Source: an uncultured Isosphaeraceae bacterium
GTDB taxonomy: Bacteria; Planctomycetota; Planctomycetia; Isosphaerales; Isosphaeraceae
Direction of reading: 5' to 3'
Length of the DNA: 64,000 nucleotides
Assembly: GCA_963781785.1 (NCBI GenBank)
Contig: CAWAHD010000003.1
Location: forward strand, 632,093 to 696,092
A program made the translations under genes and the position numbers. This document shows, one piece after another, positions 30,442-41,413 of the stretch (the stretch's first letter is position 1; each line of letters starts with the position of its first letter). The notes beneath the pieces are model-generated. The model worked only from the letters and a program-made list of their open reading frames with translations, was not told the DNA's origin and made no database searches.

Positions 30442-32773
30442 TCAAGCACCATCCTTCCGGGTCGGTTTCGCCTCGGTGAGCGTCCGGGACGAGGTTGGTA
30501 GGATCGCGGCGGTCGCCGGGGGTCCCGCGCCGTTTCCCTGGTGCACGCCGACGTCGCGGTGGGTTGTGACAGCCTGCTGGATCGCTTCCAGGGCCTGTTT
30601 CGCGATCTTCTCGGTAAACTCGTGCAGGTCAGACCCTGCGGGTTGGTCGATGAGCTGGAAGCCCGATTTCTCGGCGACCAGCATGTTGAGCAGCAAGCCG
30701 AAGACGCCGTTACTCGCGAGCGATCCGACAGCGGACTGACCGTCGGCGCCAGGGCGCTCGCACCTGAGCCACCGGAAATAAAGACGCGCTCGGGAACCAG
30801 TGGCTGGTTGCACTTGCTCAGTCCCTGCGCCACGATCGAAAGGGCATAGAGCCGCGGGTCGGAGAACGACTGGATCTTCCGGAGCAGCACCGAAGCTTCC
30901 GAGAACCCTTCCTGCAAGATTCGCGCGCCCTCGCCGCGCCCCGCCAGGATCCGTTCCTGGCTTTCGGCCTCGGCCGTGACCACCACCTGCTCAGCCTGCT
31001 TGCGAGCCTTGACAAGCTGTGCCTCGGCCTCGTTCTCGGTGATGCGGATCTGTACGAGCGAGTTCGAAAGCTGGGTCTGCATCTGGGCCTGGGCCTGCGC
31101 TTCGTTGAGCGTACGCAGAGTTTGAGCCGCAGCCACTTGCTTCGTATAGGTCTCCACCTGCTCGAGGGAAAGCTGCCGCAGCCGCAATTGTTCGAGAAGG
31201 GTCTCGATTTTGCCCCCGGCTTGCTCGGTATCCGGCTTGCCGATCAAAACGTCGACGCATTCGATGTCGAAGTTGTGAAACTTACGGCCCAACTCGCCGC
31301 TCGATTCGCGCTGAATCGAATCGCGGTCCTGCAGCAGCTCGAGCATGGTGCGCTGTGCGCGACGTCGCGGAAATAAGCGCTAAGCATCGGGTCAAGAGTC
31401 TGGGTGATCAATTTCTTGACATCGCCGAACCGCTGGATCACGTTGGGTGCCTTCTCGTAGTCGATGTGGACAACGACCGAAAGCGGCAAAGTCGGCTCGT
31501 AGGCGTCTCTCGTGACCAGGTCGATCGAGCGGAGGCTCTCGTCGTAACGGTGGGTCTCGGTCCGGCCGGTCACCCAGTGCAGAACGAAATTGGTCGTCGG
31601 CACCATGACGATATTGCCGGCATAGGTGTTGAACGCATACTTGCCTGGCCCGAGCGGTTTCTCCTGGACGCCCCGTTCGCCTTCGGCGACCCGCTCGCCG
31701 TGGCGGAAGGCTTGACCGGAAACGTCGTGTCCGCTCCGGCCATAATAGCTGACTACCACGCCCACGTAGCCGATCGGCACAAGCGTCTTGGGGATCGATT
31801 CGATCGATGCAAACCAGCGATTGATGAAGTAGGTGCCATCGGTGAGCGGTACATACTGCAAGCCGCGGCGCCCGCCCGCCCGCAGGAAAGCTTCGATGTC
31901 CTGGAAGTTGTTGTGAAAGTCTTTATCGTTGCGATCGACGCCAACCGCCGGCGCGATGATCTCTCCCGGAGGCAGCGACGGACCGTCGTGCACCGTCACA
32001 ATGCCGATGCTGTCGATCACAAGGTTTTTGTCGGGATTGAGCGGATCGGGGGCCTGGATCGGGCCGCCGATGATCACGGGGCTGAATCCCTCGATCTCCG
32101 ACAGCTCGGTCTGCCAGCCGACCAGCGCCTTGAGTTCCTTGGAACCTCCGGCTTCCAGACGGTAGACCGTGTCCTCGGTCATGACCGTGAACAATGCCAG
32201 GTTGATCGCGTAAACGCCCTCGCGCAGAATCGCCCGCTGCCGCCCCCGCTGGCCAACCACGGGCTGGTGCTCAGGGCTCGTCGGTTCACCACCCAGGAAG
32301 CGGCGGGCATCCTGGAAGTTGTTGCATGGAATGATCTGGCCCAGCGTTTGGCTCGGCGCCAGAGCCTCGCCGTCTCGAGCGTAGATATATCCGATCTTGC
32401 CTTGCGGCACCGACACGAGTGGCAACCGGTGGATCCGATACTGCCACCGCCACAAGCCGAAATGGATGCCGCCACGGAGAACCTCGGCCTGAAATCCCGC
32501 TTCGCCATCGAGCGAGATGATCCGCCCCTCGGGTATCGACCCCTTCATCGACCACAGCTTTTCCACGACCCCGACCCGGTTGTTTGCAATGTAGCGCAAG
32601 CCGGCAAGTTCGGACCCCAGAACGACCAGCAAGACCAGTCCAACAATCCAGACCAGTCCGCCCCCAAAATCCCCCAGCGCAGCGAACAAGGCCGGCGAGG
32701 TTAACGCACTCGATGTCGAAAACAGAGATGCCACGTGCTCAACAAGCGGCGAGCCCACAGCGAAACTCCTCAT
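30442..32773 (-). CDS. flotillin/YqiK-like SPFH-domain membrane protein, split over three frames (31244..32824, 30279..31346, 30442..30813) by two 1-nt frameshifts (~31335 and ~30790)
   Basis: VVEKLWSMKGSIPEGRIISLDGEAGFQAEVLRGGIHFGLW...; coiled-coil middle (EAQAQAQMQTQL...); C-terminus GSLASNGVFGLLLNMLVAEKSGF. Confidence 0.7.
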
Positions 32774-33111
32774 TGAACGAACGCGAAGGGCCTGCTCACG
32801 ACGGAACACCCCGAGGTGAGACACACCCTTACAGATTACCCGATCAGTCGGGTGCCCGGAGATTGGTTCAACCTCCCCAGGTGACGGTTATTCGTCGGCA
32901 ACACGGATTATTGAGGTAAATCGCGCTTTCACATCACTGTCATCTTGCACCAACTCAAAACAGGCCCCCGATTCCCGAATCGACCTCTGTGTGCACGCAT
33001 TGATGATCGCTGCTGATGGACAGCCTTGCTCATTTCATCGAGAGACCGAAGCGCCCGTCGCCGCCATGCGGGCGATTGACCGCCACGCACTGCGCGTCTA
33101 CCTTGTAGGTC

Positions 33112-33753
33112 ATGGGCTTCGAGGTGGAGGTCAAATACCGGTTGGCTGATTCCGACGACCTCGTCCAGCGGCTGAGGAAGCGCGGTGCAGCGCAGAGTTC
33201 GGAAATCCACCAAGAAGACACGTATCTGTCACATCCCGCTCGCGATTTCGCCGTCACCCAGGAGGCGTTCCGGATCCGCCGGGCCAGAGAAGAGAACCGG
33301 ATTACCTACAAGGGCCCGCGACAGAGTGGGCCCACCAAGACCCGCGAGGAGATCGAGATCCGCTTCGTCGATGGGGACGAAGCGCGCCGTCAGCTTTTGC
33401 GTCTCCTCGAGAACCTGGGATTCCGGCCGGTCCACACCATCCGTAAGAGTCGGACGCCATTTCAGCTCAACGTCGAAGGTCGCGCGATCGAAGTCGTGGT
33501 CGACCAAACCGAGGGCCTAGGGCAATTCGCGGAAATCGAGACACTCGCGGCCGCTCTTGACGACCTCCCCGCGGCCCAGATGGCAGTCCTGGCAGTCGCC
33601 AATGAATTGGGGCTGACCGAAATCGAGCCTAGATCGTATCTTCGGATGGCACTTGAATCGCGGCTCTCGGCCCGGCTCGGCCTCGCGTCCAGCCCGGGCG
33701 GCCTTCCTGCCGACCCCGGCGCGGGTGGCGGCCCTCGTACGCAAACTGGCTAG
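33112..33753 (+). CDS. CYTH domain protein (class IV adenylyl cyclase / triphosphate tunnel metalloenzyme family)
   Basis: MGFEVEVKYRLAD... EIE/EVE motifs typical of CyaB/CYTH. Confidence 0.65.
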   Translation: MGFEVEVKYRLADSDDLVQRLRKRGAAQSSEIHQEDTYLSHPARDFAVTQEAFRIRRAREENRITYKGPRQSGPTKTREEIEIRFVDGDEARRQLLRLLENLGFRPVHTIRKSRTPFQLNVEGRAIEVVVDQTEGLGQFAEIETLAAALDDLPAAQMAVLAVANELGLTEIEPRSYLRMALESRLSARLGLASSPGGLPADPGAGGGPRTQTG

Positions 33754-34008
33754 CCACAGTTCGTCGATTATGTTAAGAACGGCACGCTTCCACGGACGGG
33801 ATGTTGCCGTCACTTCGCCTGTCGAGCGCCCGCTCGGGCCTACGTCGACCACTGCAAACCCATCGTCGAATTGGCCTGGTGGATTCGGTCCGGGCTTATT
33901 CTTGATGTCATTGGCGTCGCCGCAGTAGTCGGTCACGGCGACTCTGCGATCCACGAAACGCACTGTCCGCACGACTTGAGCGTGTTCCTTCACAAGGAGA
34001 TCCGCGCG

Positions 34009-34863
34009 ATGGACCGCCGCCGGTTTATCCCTTCCCGCGAAGGACTGGAGGGCCGTACGCTGCTAGCCTCCACCAACCTGAACACGTTGTTCGGGCTCCA
34101 GATCAATTCCAACCTCAATATACCGATTACCTGGCAGCAAAAGTCGCTTCGGATTGAGCGCCTCCCTTATTACCTCGATAAGATCGCGCCCAACGGACGA
34201 TTTCTTCCCAAGACCGAGATCCAGCAAATCAAGGATTCCCTTTTCGAGATGGTCGACGCCATCCATAGACCGCCGCCACAGGCGCTCAACAACTACAACT
34301 ACCAGCTCCGCCACGTGGTCTCGAAGCAATCGCTCACGGCAACCGACATTCATCGCCTCGACTATTCCTTCGCTGCGACCCTCAAAGCCGCGAAGACGCC
34401 CGCCGGCTCAGTCAGCGGACTGCGTTCGGCCCTTTTTTCTCTCGTTTCGCAAGTCGATACGGCGAGCGTGCTGCCGGTCTACCTGGGGACCAACGACTAC
34501 ACGCTCGTGCTCGAAACCGCACTGGCCATCGGACGGCCCATGCCGCCCCCATCCCTCCCGCGAATCAAAAAAAACCAGGGCATTCAGGCCGACGCCCAGC
34601 ATATGAAAACTCCCCTGGCACGGCCCATCCTGGTCGGCACCTATCATTTCCACACCTACATCCAGGTCATCACCCCCGCGGGCATCGTCGTGGGATCGAT
34701 CAATGTCCTCAAGAATAACAACTTCCATGTCCCGATCTCGACGCCCCAGACCTTGGGCGTACACGAGTTCAGGTTGCAGGCGGTCGACTCCGTGGGCCAT
34801 ATCAGCAGGGTCAGCAGGCCCTTCCTCATCAAGTTCGTGCCGAGGAAACACCATTCCAAATGA
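34009..34863 (+). CDS. hypothetical secreted protein with planctomycete N-terminal motif (MDRRRFIPSREGLEGRTLLAS)
   Basis: ATG 34009 with an AAGGAGA RBS; LE-R-LLA motif common in planctomycete extracellular proteins. Confidence 0.45.
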   Translation: MDRRRFIPSREGLEGRTLLASTNLNTLFGLQINSNLNIPITWQQKSLRIERLPYYLDKIAPNGRFLPKTEIQQIKDSLFEMVDAIHRPPPQALNNYNYQLRHVVSKQSLTATDIHRLDYSFAATLKAAKTPAGSVSGLRSALFSLVSQVDTASVLPVYLGTNDYTLVLETALAIGRPMPPPSLPRIKKNQGIQADAQHMKTPLARPILVGTYHFHTYIQVITPAGIVVGSINVLKNNNFHVPISTPQTLGVHEFRLQAVDSVGHISRVSRPFLIKFVPRKHHSK

Positions 34864-35266
34864 ACGGCGCATTCTCGAAACGCTCCGCGCGGCCGCAATC
34901 CAATCTGCCAGCCGCCCAGGTTCCCTTGTACCGAGGGGCCGACGGTCGCAATAATGGTCCTCACCGACGGTGGGCTATGGGCCTGCCCCAGCAGATTCAC
35001 CGACCCGAGTGAAGGAGCCCGCCCGGCTTATGAAGGTCAAGACACGACATCGCAAAAGCTACAAATGGCGCAAACGGTGCGACAGCTCACCGGTCGCCAA
35101 GTGCCGGCGCCCCAAGATCCGTGGAAAGCGCAATCCACGTAAAGCTAAGCACTTAGGTGGGCGCGGCCTTTGAGGGCGGGCGGCATCTCTTAGCGGCTGC
35201 AGAGATGATTCGGGGCCGGGCTGGAATGGGCGCCTGCTCGTTATTGCACCTTGGTGCTTCCAGCCT

Positions 35267-36496
35267 CTACATGCCGCCGAGGATCCGGGCGCGGCCGACG
35301 CGTGAAATCGCTCTCATAAAGGCGGCGGTACGGAGGGTAACATCGCGGCGCTGCGCGAGTTCGTAGACCTCACGAAACGCCTCGACGAGCCTGTGCTCTT
35401 CCTCGCGCTGGATCTGTTCGAGCGGCCAACGAAAGTGCTGAAGGTTCTGAACCCATTCGAAATAACTCACGATCACTCCGCCCGAATTTGCGAGTACGTC
35501 GGGAACGACGGCGATTCCGCGGGCTTTGAAGATTTCGTCGGCTTCGGGCCAAGTCGGGGAATTGGCGGCCTCGACGACCACCTTCGCAGCGACCGCCTTG
35601 GCGAGCTCTCGGTCAAAGACTCCCCCAAGTGCGGCGGGAATTAATACATCGACCGGCATCGTGAGGAGCTGTTCGTTGGTGATGGCATCGCCTCCAGCGA
35701 ACCCGACAATCTTGCGTGCTCGAGCGACATGCTTGTCGAGCTCGGCGATGCTGAGCCCTTCGGGATTGACAACCGCGCCGTAGGCATCGGAAACGCTGAC
35801 AATCTTCCCTCCCATCTGATCGAGGCACCTGGCGGTGTGACTGCCGACATTTCCATATCCCTGGATGGCGAATGTAGCGCCGGCGATGGCGCGCTTCATT
35901 CGCGCGAGGAGCTCGCGGGTGACGAGGGCCACACCGAACCCAGTCGCCGCCTCGCGGCCGGCGGAGCCATGAAATTCGACCGGCTTGCCGGTGACGCAGG
36001 CCGGCTGAAACCCCTCGTACTTGCCGTATTCGTTCATGATCCAGGCCATGACTTGGGCGTCGGTCCCCATGTCGGGCGCAGGAATGTCCTTATGCGGCCC
36101 GATCATGTCGTGGATCTTCTCGATGAACTTCCGTGTCAGACGCTCTAGCTCCCCGCGCGACAGTTTGGTGGGATCACAGTTGATCCCGCCCTTTGCGCCG
36201 CCGAACGGAAGGTCGACTAGCGCCGTCTTCCAGGTCATCAGGCTGGCCAGCGATCGGGCTTCATCCTGGTCGACCGTCGGGTGGTAGCGCAACCCCCCCT
36301 TGAAAGGCCCCCGGGCATTGTCGTGCTGCACTCGGTATCCGATGAAGTTGCCGATGGTCCCCGAATCGAGTTCGATCACGACTTCGACTCGCACCTCACG
36401 ATCGGGCGTGATCATGAGCGTGCGGACGTTTTCCGACAGGTCGAGGCAGTTGGCCGCCTGCCGGAAGTAGTAGTTGGTCGCCTCAAAGGCTTGCAT
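35267..36496 (-). CDS. gdhA: glutamate dehydrogenase (Glu/Leu/Phe/Val dehydrogenase family)
   Basis: FKGGLRYHPTVDQDEARSLASLMTWKTALVDLPFGGAKGG; C-terminal NAD(P)-binding domain. Confidence 0.9.
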   Translation of the reverse strand: MQAFEATNYYFRQAANCLDLSENVRTLMITPDREVRVEVVIELDSGTIGNFIGYRVQHDNARGPFKGGLRYHPTVDQDEARSLASLMTWKTALVDLPFGGAKGGINCDPTKLSRGELERLTRKFIEKIHDMIGPHKDIPAPDMGTDAQVMAWIMNEYGKYEGFQPACVTGKPVEFHGSAGREAATGFGVALVTRELLARMKRAIAGATFAIQGYGNVGSHTARCLDQMGGKIVSVSDAYGAVVNPEGLSIAELDKHVARARKIVGFAGGDAITNEQLLTMPVDVLIPAALGGVFDRELAKAVAAKVVVEAANSPTWPEADEIFKARGIAVVPDVLANSGGVIVSYFEWVQNLQHFRWPLEQIQREEEHRLVEAFREVYELAQRRDVTLRTAAFMRAISRVGRARILGGM

Positions 36497-36750
36497 CGGA
36501 GCGACGTTCCCTGCATAAACTGGATTCTAACCAAGCCGACTGGCCCGGTCCTCGCGCTCAGATCGTAACGGACTGACCCCGCGACAGGCAATGGCCCTGG
36601 GGGGATGCAGGACGTGCCCTCGAGCCGATTGAGGGCCACCCGCGGCGAACGAGAACAGCCGCAGCGGAGTCCGCAATACCACCGACGTGAGACATGCACT
36701 AAATCAAGCAGTCATCCACTTGCAGGCCCCGACGGGAAGGACGAGCTCCG

Positions 36751-37518
36751 ATGCAACGCTGGCGGCTGGATGAGATCACCTATGGACAAGTCAAGACCGA
36801 TGCCGTCTATGAGGTTGCGGTGCTTCCCCTGGGAGCGACCGAGCCGCATAACCTTCACCTCCCGTACGGTACAGACACGTTTCAGGTGGAGGTCATCGCC
36901 CGGCGGGCATGCTCGCTGGCCAGCGAACAGGGAGCCCGCGTACTCCTCATGCCGACATTGCCCTATGGGACCGAGACCAACCAGATGAAGTTTCCGCTTG
37001 CCATGAACCTGAATCCGACGACCGTGGCGCGGGTGATCGGCGACCTGGTGGAGTCGCTAGAAGTGCATGGAATCAGGCGGTGCCTGCTCTTGAACGGGCA
37101 CGGGGGCAACGATTTGAAATGGGTCTTGCGGGAGTTGCATCGTTCCACGACAGTTCATGTTTTCTTATGCAATTGGTATAAGGTCGCTTCAGACGTGTAT
37201 TCGACGATATTCCAGGAAAAGGACGACCACGCCGGCGAGATGGAGACGAGCATGGGGCTGGCTCACTTTCCGGGGCTGGTCATGCTCGAACGCGCCGACC
37301 ACGGTACAGTGCGACCCAGCCGGTTCGAGGCGGTCAATCGGGGCTGGGTCGAGATCACCCGGCCCTGGCACCTACTAACGACGAACTCGGGGGCCGGCGA
37401 CCCCCGAGCTGCCACCGCCGCCAAGGGCGAAGCCCTTACCAAGCTGGTCGCAGAGCGAATCGGCGGGTTCTTGAGAGATCTGGCCGCAAGCCCGCTGGAC
37501 GACGCCTTTCCTTTTTGA
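36751..37518 (+). CDS. creatininase family amidohydrolase
   Basis: VLPLGATEPHNLHLPYGTD...LLNGHGGN creatininase-family motifs. Confidence 0.75.
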   Translation: MQRWRLDEITYGQVKTDAVYEVAVLPLGATEPHNLHLPYGTDTFQVEVIARRACSLASEQGARVLLMPTLPYGTETNQMKFPLAMNLNPTTVARVIGDLVESLEVHGIRRCLLLNGHGGNDLKWVLRELHRSTTVHVFLCNWYKVASDVYSTIFQEKDDHAGEMETSMGLAHFPGLVMLERADHGTVRPSRFEAVNRGWVEITRPWHLLTTNSGAGDPRAATAAKGEALTKLVAERIGGFLRDLAASPLDDAFPF

Positions 37519-37548
37519 TTGGCCCAGCGCGATGCCAGGGAGAATCGC

Positions 37549-38571
37549 ATGAATGCTGAGCGCAGTGTATTGATTCTATACGTTTTGCGATTTCACGTCC
37601 GATGCTTTGGTCTGCTAGTCCTGTTCGCCATGGCGAGTGGATGTGGTCAGCCGAACTCTGGCGAGCCGGCGGCCTCCCCGGCGGCTGGGCCGAACCAGCC
37701 TCGCCGCGAAAGCAACCGCGCCGCGCCGGGCCGTACCGTGACGAATTACCCGATCGAGGGGGTGGTGAAGAGGGTCGAGAAAGAATTCGAGCATGTGAGA
37801 ATCGCTCACGAGGCGATCCCGGGTTTCATGGATGCAATGGAGATGCGCTTCCCCTATCCGGACAAGACGGCGCTGGAAACGCTCCGCCCGGGCGACCGCG
37901 TCTCCGGGACGCTCAGGGTCTTCAAGGAGAACGGCGTCGTGACCGATTATGCACTGCTGGGGCTGACGGTCACCGAACCGGCGCCCCCGCCGCGGATGGT
38001 ACTGGACACGTCCAGAGGAAAAGTTCAGGTCCGTGAGGCGCCCAAGCGGCTAACCCCTCTCGATTCGGTCCCAGACTTCACCATGACCCTTCAGGACGGA
38101 AAAGCACTGAAGCTGTCCAGTTTGCAGGGAAATGTCGTTGTACTTACGTTTATTTATACAAGATGTCCGCTACCCGATTTCTGCCCGCTCATGGACAAAA
38201 AGTTCAGCGACCTTGCGCAACGGATACAGGCATCTGCGGCACACGCCCGCTCAGTTCGGCTAATCTCTCTTTCTTTCGATCCAGACCACGATACTCCCGA
38301 AGTGCTGTCGAGGCATGCACAGATACACGGGGCTAGGCCCCCGTTGTGGACTTACGCGGTTGCGTCTCACGACGAGCTGGCGAAGATCGGTCCGCCGCTG
38401 GGATTGTTCTATGCGCCCGGTAAGAAGGAAATCGCGCATAATCTCTGCACGGTCGTCATTGATCGGCACGGGAAGCTTGCTCGCCTCGAAGTGGGGACAG
38501 CCCACAATAAATGGACAACAGCCGACATTCTCAAAACAATTGACTCGCTGATCCCTGCTGCACAGAACTGA
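37549..38571 (+). CDS. SCO1/SenC family copper chaperone lipoprotein with N-terminal Met-rich CusF-like domain
   Basis: Lipobox LVLFAMASGC; FIYTRCPLPDFCP (CxxxCP thioredoxin-like motif of SCO); N-terminal IEGVVKRVE...HEAIPGFMDAMEMRF. Confidence 0.75.
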   Translation: MNAERSVLILYVLRFHVRCFGLLVLFAMASGCGQPNSGEPAASPAAGPNQPRRESNRAAPGRTVTNYPIEGVVKRVEKEFEHVRIAHEAIPGFMDAMEMRFPYPDKTALETLRPGDRVSGTLRVFKENGVVTDYALLGLTVTEPAPPPRMVLDTSRGKVQVREAPKRLTPLDSVPDFTMTLQDGKALKLSSLQGNVVVLTFIYTRCPLPDFCPLMDKKFSDLAQRIQASAAHARSVRLISLSFDPDHDTPEVLSRHAQIHGARPPLWTYAVASHDELAKIGPPLGLFYAPGKKEIAHNLCTVVIDRHGKLARLEVGTAHNKWTTADILKTIDSLIPAAQN

Positions 38572-39127
38572 CACCTCAACTGCCCATTGTGCACGAGCGG
38601 TGTTTGGCCCTTGGCTGCAAGGTGCACTCACGCAGTTACTTGAGGTTAGCGGACCTCCGGGGGTCTGCTGGTTCGTCGTGTTCACGACGTGGAAGGGATC
38701 GCTCGAACAAATGTGACGAATCAAAGCGCGAAAAGATTGCAGATTACCGTTGACAGTTGTTAGAAAAGCACTAAGATGTCGACAACCACCCACGTTGAGA
38801 TACGTTCGCGCAAGATCGTGATGGCATCGTTGTCGAATTGGTGCCGGTTACGTGTGGATCAATCGACGTGGCCGTTGGTGGTTGTGCCGGCTTGACTTAG
38901 GGCTAACCGTCTCCATACCGCGGGCAGCTTGGAGGCCCGTGCCGGAAGTTTGGTTTCGGGTCAGGCCCTCGATGCGCAGCCGCCATTCGTGGATCGATAG
39001 TGGGTGATTCGAGGGGGATGATGTCCCTCGCTTCACTGTTTCGACGTGACCGCGAGCCCCGCGGACGGAGCGGGAGCGGCCGATTCTAGCGCGCATTGGC
39101 ACCAACCACGTTGAGGAGGACAGATTC

Positions 39128-39484
39128 ATGGCAGTAGCGAAAACCAGCGTCAAGAGCTCCGCTTCGAGAGCCTCGGCGACCAAGCCCAAGGCTTTCCGTG
39201 GAGCCGAACAGAGATATCATCAGGCTCGCCGCGCGTCGATCTTGCTCAAACACGTCAGCGACCCGACACGCCTGCAGGTCATTTTGATTCTTGCCGATGG
39301 TGAGCGGCACGTGGGGGCCCTGTGTGCTCAGCTCAGCCAGAGCCAACCCGCCGTCAGCCATCATCTGGCGTTGCTCCGCCACGGCGGAATCATCGCGCCG
39401 CGCCGGCAAGGCAAGAACAACTTCTACAGCCTGACCGACACCGGCACCGATCTGGCGCGCGTCGTCAAGCACCTTATCGCCTGA
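39128..39484 (+). CDS. ArsR/SmtB family metalloregulatory transcriptional repressor
   Basis: HTH LADGERHVGALCAQLSQSQPAVSHHLALLRHGGII. Confidence 0.8.
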   Translation: MAVAKTSVKSSASRASATKPKAFRGAEQRYHQARRASILLKHVSDPTRLQVILILADGERHVGALCAQLSQSQPAVSHHLALLRHGGIIAPRRQGKNNFYSLTDTGTDLARVVKHLIA

Positions 39485-39634
39485 GCGCATACATGGATGT
39501 TTTGTCATTCGATGTGACAAGCATGAACACGCTCTGATAGTCGCCCCAAGGCCACAAACGTGTCCATTGGCGCTTTTCGGACGGTCCGGGCAGCCAGGAG
39601 TGGTCGCCCGGACCTTCTTGTCCCCCCGGGTCAA

Positions 39635-41267
39635 TTACGGCAGGATGCGCTGACCGGTCACCGTGTTGAGCATCAGCATGCTGCGACGATGCCGTGCGGC
39701 TGAATCGAGATATGCCTTCACCATATCGTTGTAGCGGCGCTGGGTGTCCAGGTAGACGAATATGGTGACTTCACCCTCCACGAAGAGTTTGAACCGGGCT
39801 TCCCGGGCACGCCCGAGTGGAGGGATCACCTGGGTGCGGAGCTGCCGCGCCACTTGACCGCTCACTTGATATTCGTTAACCGCTTGCTGAATCTCGGTGA
39901 CGACTCGGCGCTCGTACTGGTTCAACTGGACTTGAGACTGCTCTACGTTGAACCGCGCGCGGAGGATGTTCCCCTGGTTGCGGTTGTAAATCGGAAATGG
40001 AACCGTAATCCCGACAGCCCACGATGTAGCGCTCTGGGTGCCATACGGGGCATTGTTCTGAAACGTGTACGGCTGAAAGAGCAGATAAGCATCGGCGAAA
40101 CGATTCGCCCGCTGGAGCTGGAAGTTTGCCTCCGCGGCGGCAATCCCGCGGTGAAAGGCCGTGACATCGGGGCGGCAGGCTAGCGCCATCTGGATCAGCT
40201 CTTCCTGGCGAGGAGGGGATGGTCCAAGGTCTGCGATCGTTCCCCGCAGCTCGAGCCGTTCGGCCTGGTCGGGGGGCAGGTTCAGGATCTCTCCCACCGC
40301 CTGCTTCCGCAGCAGCAAGTCCCCGTTTGCGCTCGCGACCCCGGCGATCGCGGTCTGCCGGTCCGCGATTGCCTGGTCGACGTCGGCACTCGTGGCTTTG
40401 TACAGCTTGTACAATTCTCGATTGGCTCTCAACACCTCGTCGAGCCCCTTGATGCTCTCTCGCATGGCGCGCACCGTTTCGCGCGCCAGCAGCACGTCGA
40501 CATACGCATTGTAAAGGTTCTGGATCGCCACTCGGACTTCGTTCTGATACTGGGCCTCCATCACCTCCAGTGCGCGAGTCGCGTACGCCATTCGAGCCCG
40601 CCGCTTGTGCGAGTAATCAATCGGATGGGAGAAATTCACGTCGTATTGAGTGGGTCCTCCGGGACGTTTGACCGAATCCGAGCCATACGGAACGAGCTGG
40701 CTGTCGGCGTAAAAGATCGGGTTGGCGCAGACCGGCGGTCAAGACGTCGGCGCGGGCCTGTGGGATCTCGTACGCCTTGGCTCGAAGGTCGAGGTTTTGC
40801 CGCTTGAGTAGCTCGATGGCCTGGTCGAGCGTCAAGCCATCGGGCGGCCCGTCGTCCGCGTCTTTCGGTAATTCCAGCGTGCCATACAGGGGAGCCCTCG
40901 GCACCGGAAGCGGTTGGGCCGTGGGAGTCCCGCGCCCCGATGGCGGGCCCTGGTACACTCCCCCGGGCGTTGTGATCGACGTGGGAACTCGCGGCGCCGA
41001 CGTGCCGATCCGGCCTAGCAGCATGTCATCTCGGCCCGGTTGCATCCCCATACTCACTCCACTCGCTCCAGGCATTGGCCCTAGCAGTGAATCCATCGAA
41101 CCCGGCTTGGTCGCAAGTGAACCGCCTGCGACGATCCCCTGCTGTTCGATCGTCGGCGCCTGAGCCCGGCTCACTCCCGGAAGCGAGCATGCAACCACCA
41201 TCCAGGCGAGGATCAGCCCTTCCACAAACCGACGATCCCGCATTCCTCCCCCTCTCCTGCCAGTCAC
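39635..41267 (-). CDS. TolC-like outer membrane efflux protein, split by a frameshift near 40620-40730 (ORFs 40617..41267 and 39635..40639)
   Basis: Signal peptide, then LTLDQAIELLKRQNLDLRAKAYEI (TolC N-terminal repeat); C-terminal repeat with LYKATSADVDQA...QYER. Confidence 0.7.
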
Positions 41268-41413
41268 CGATCCTTGTATCGCCTGTTGACTGAACGATCG
41301 AAGGCATCTCGCTCCGTTATGCGCTCCCTCTAGCGATCTTATCGGCTCAACTCAAAACCCGGATTAATCGGATTTTGCCAGGACAACGTAAACTCGTTAT
41401 TCTCGGCATAATT

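Noticed and set aside
33517-33993. 158-aa minus-strand ORF overlapping the CYTH gene
   Set aside because: It overlaps the 3-prime half of a gene with a recognisable CYTH signature and has no domain signal of its own. Most likely spurious, although its first 80 codons (33750-33993) are not excluded as a small gene.
34954-35173. Small basic ORFs (MKVKTRHRKSYKWRKR...) as a ribosomal-protein-like gene
   Set aside because: No match to any ribosomal protein family (L32-L36, S21 checked from memory). Likely chance ORFs in an intergenic region.
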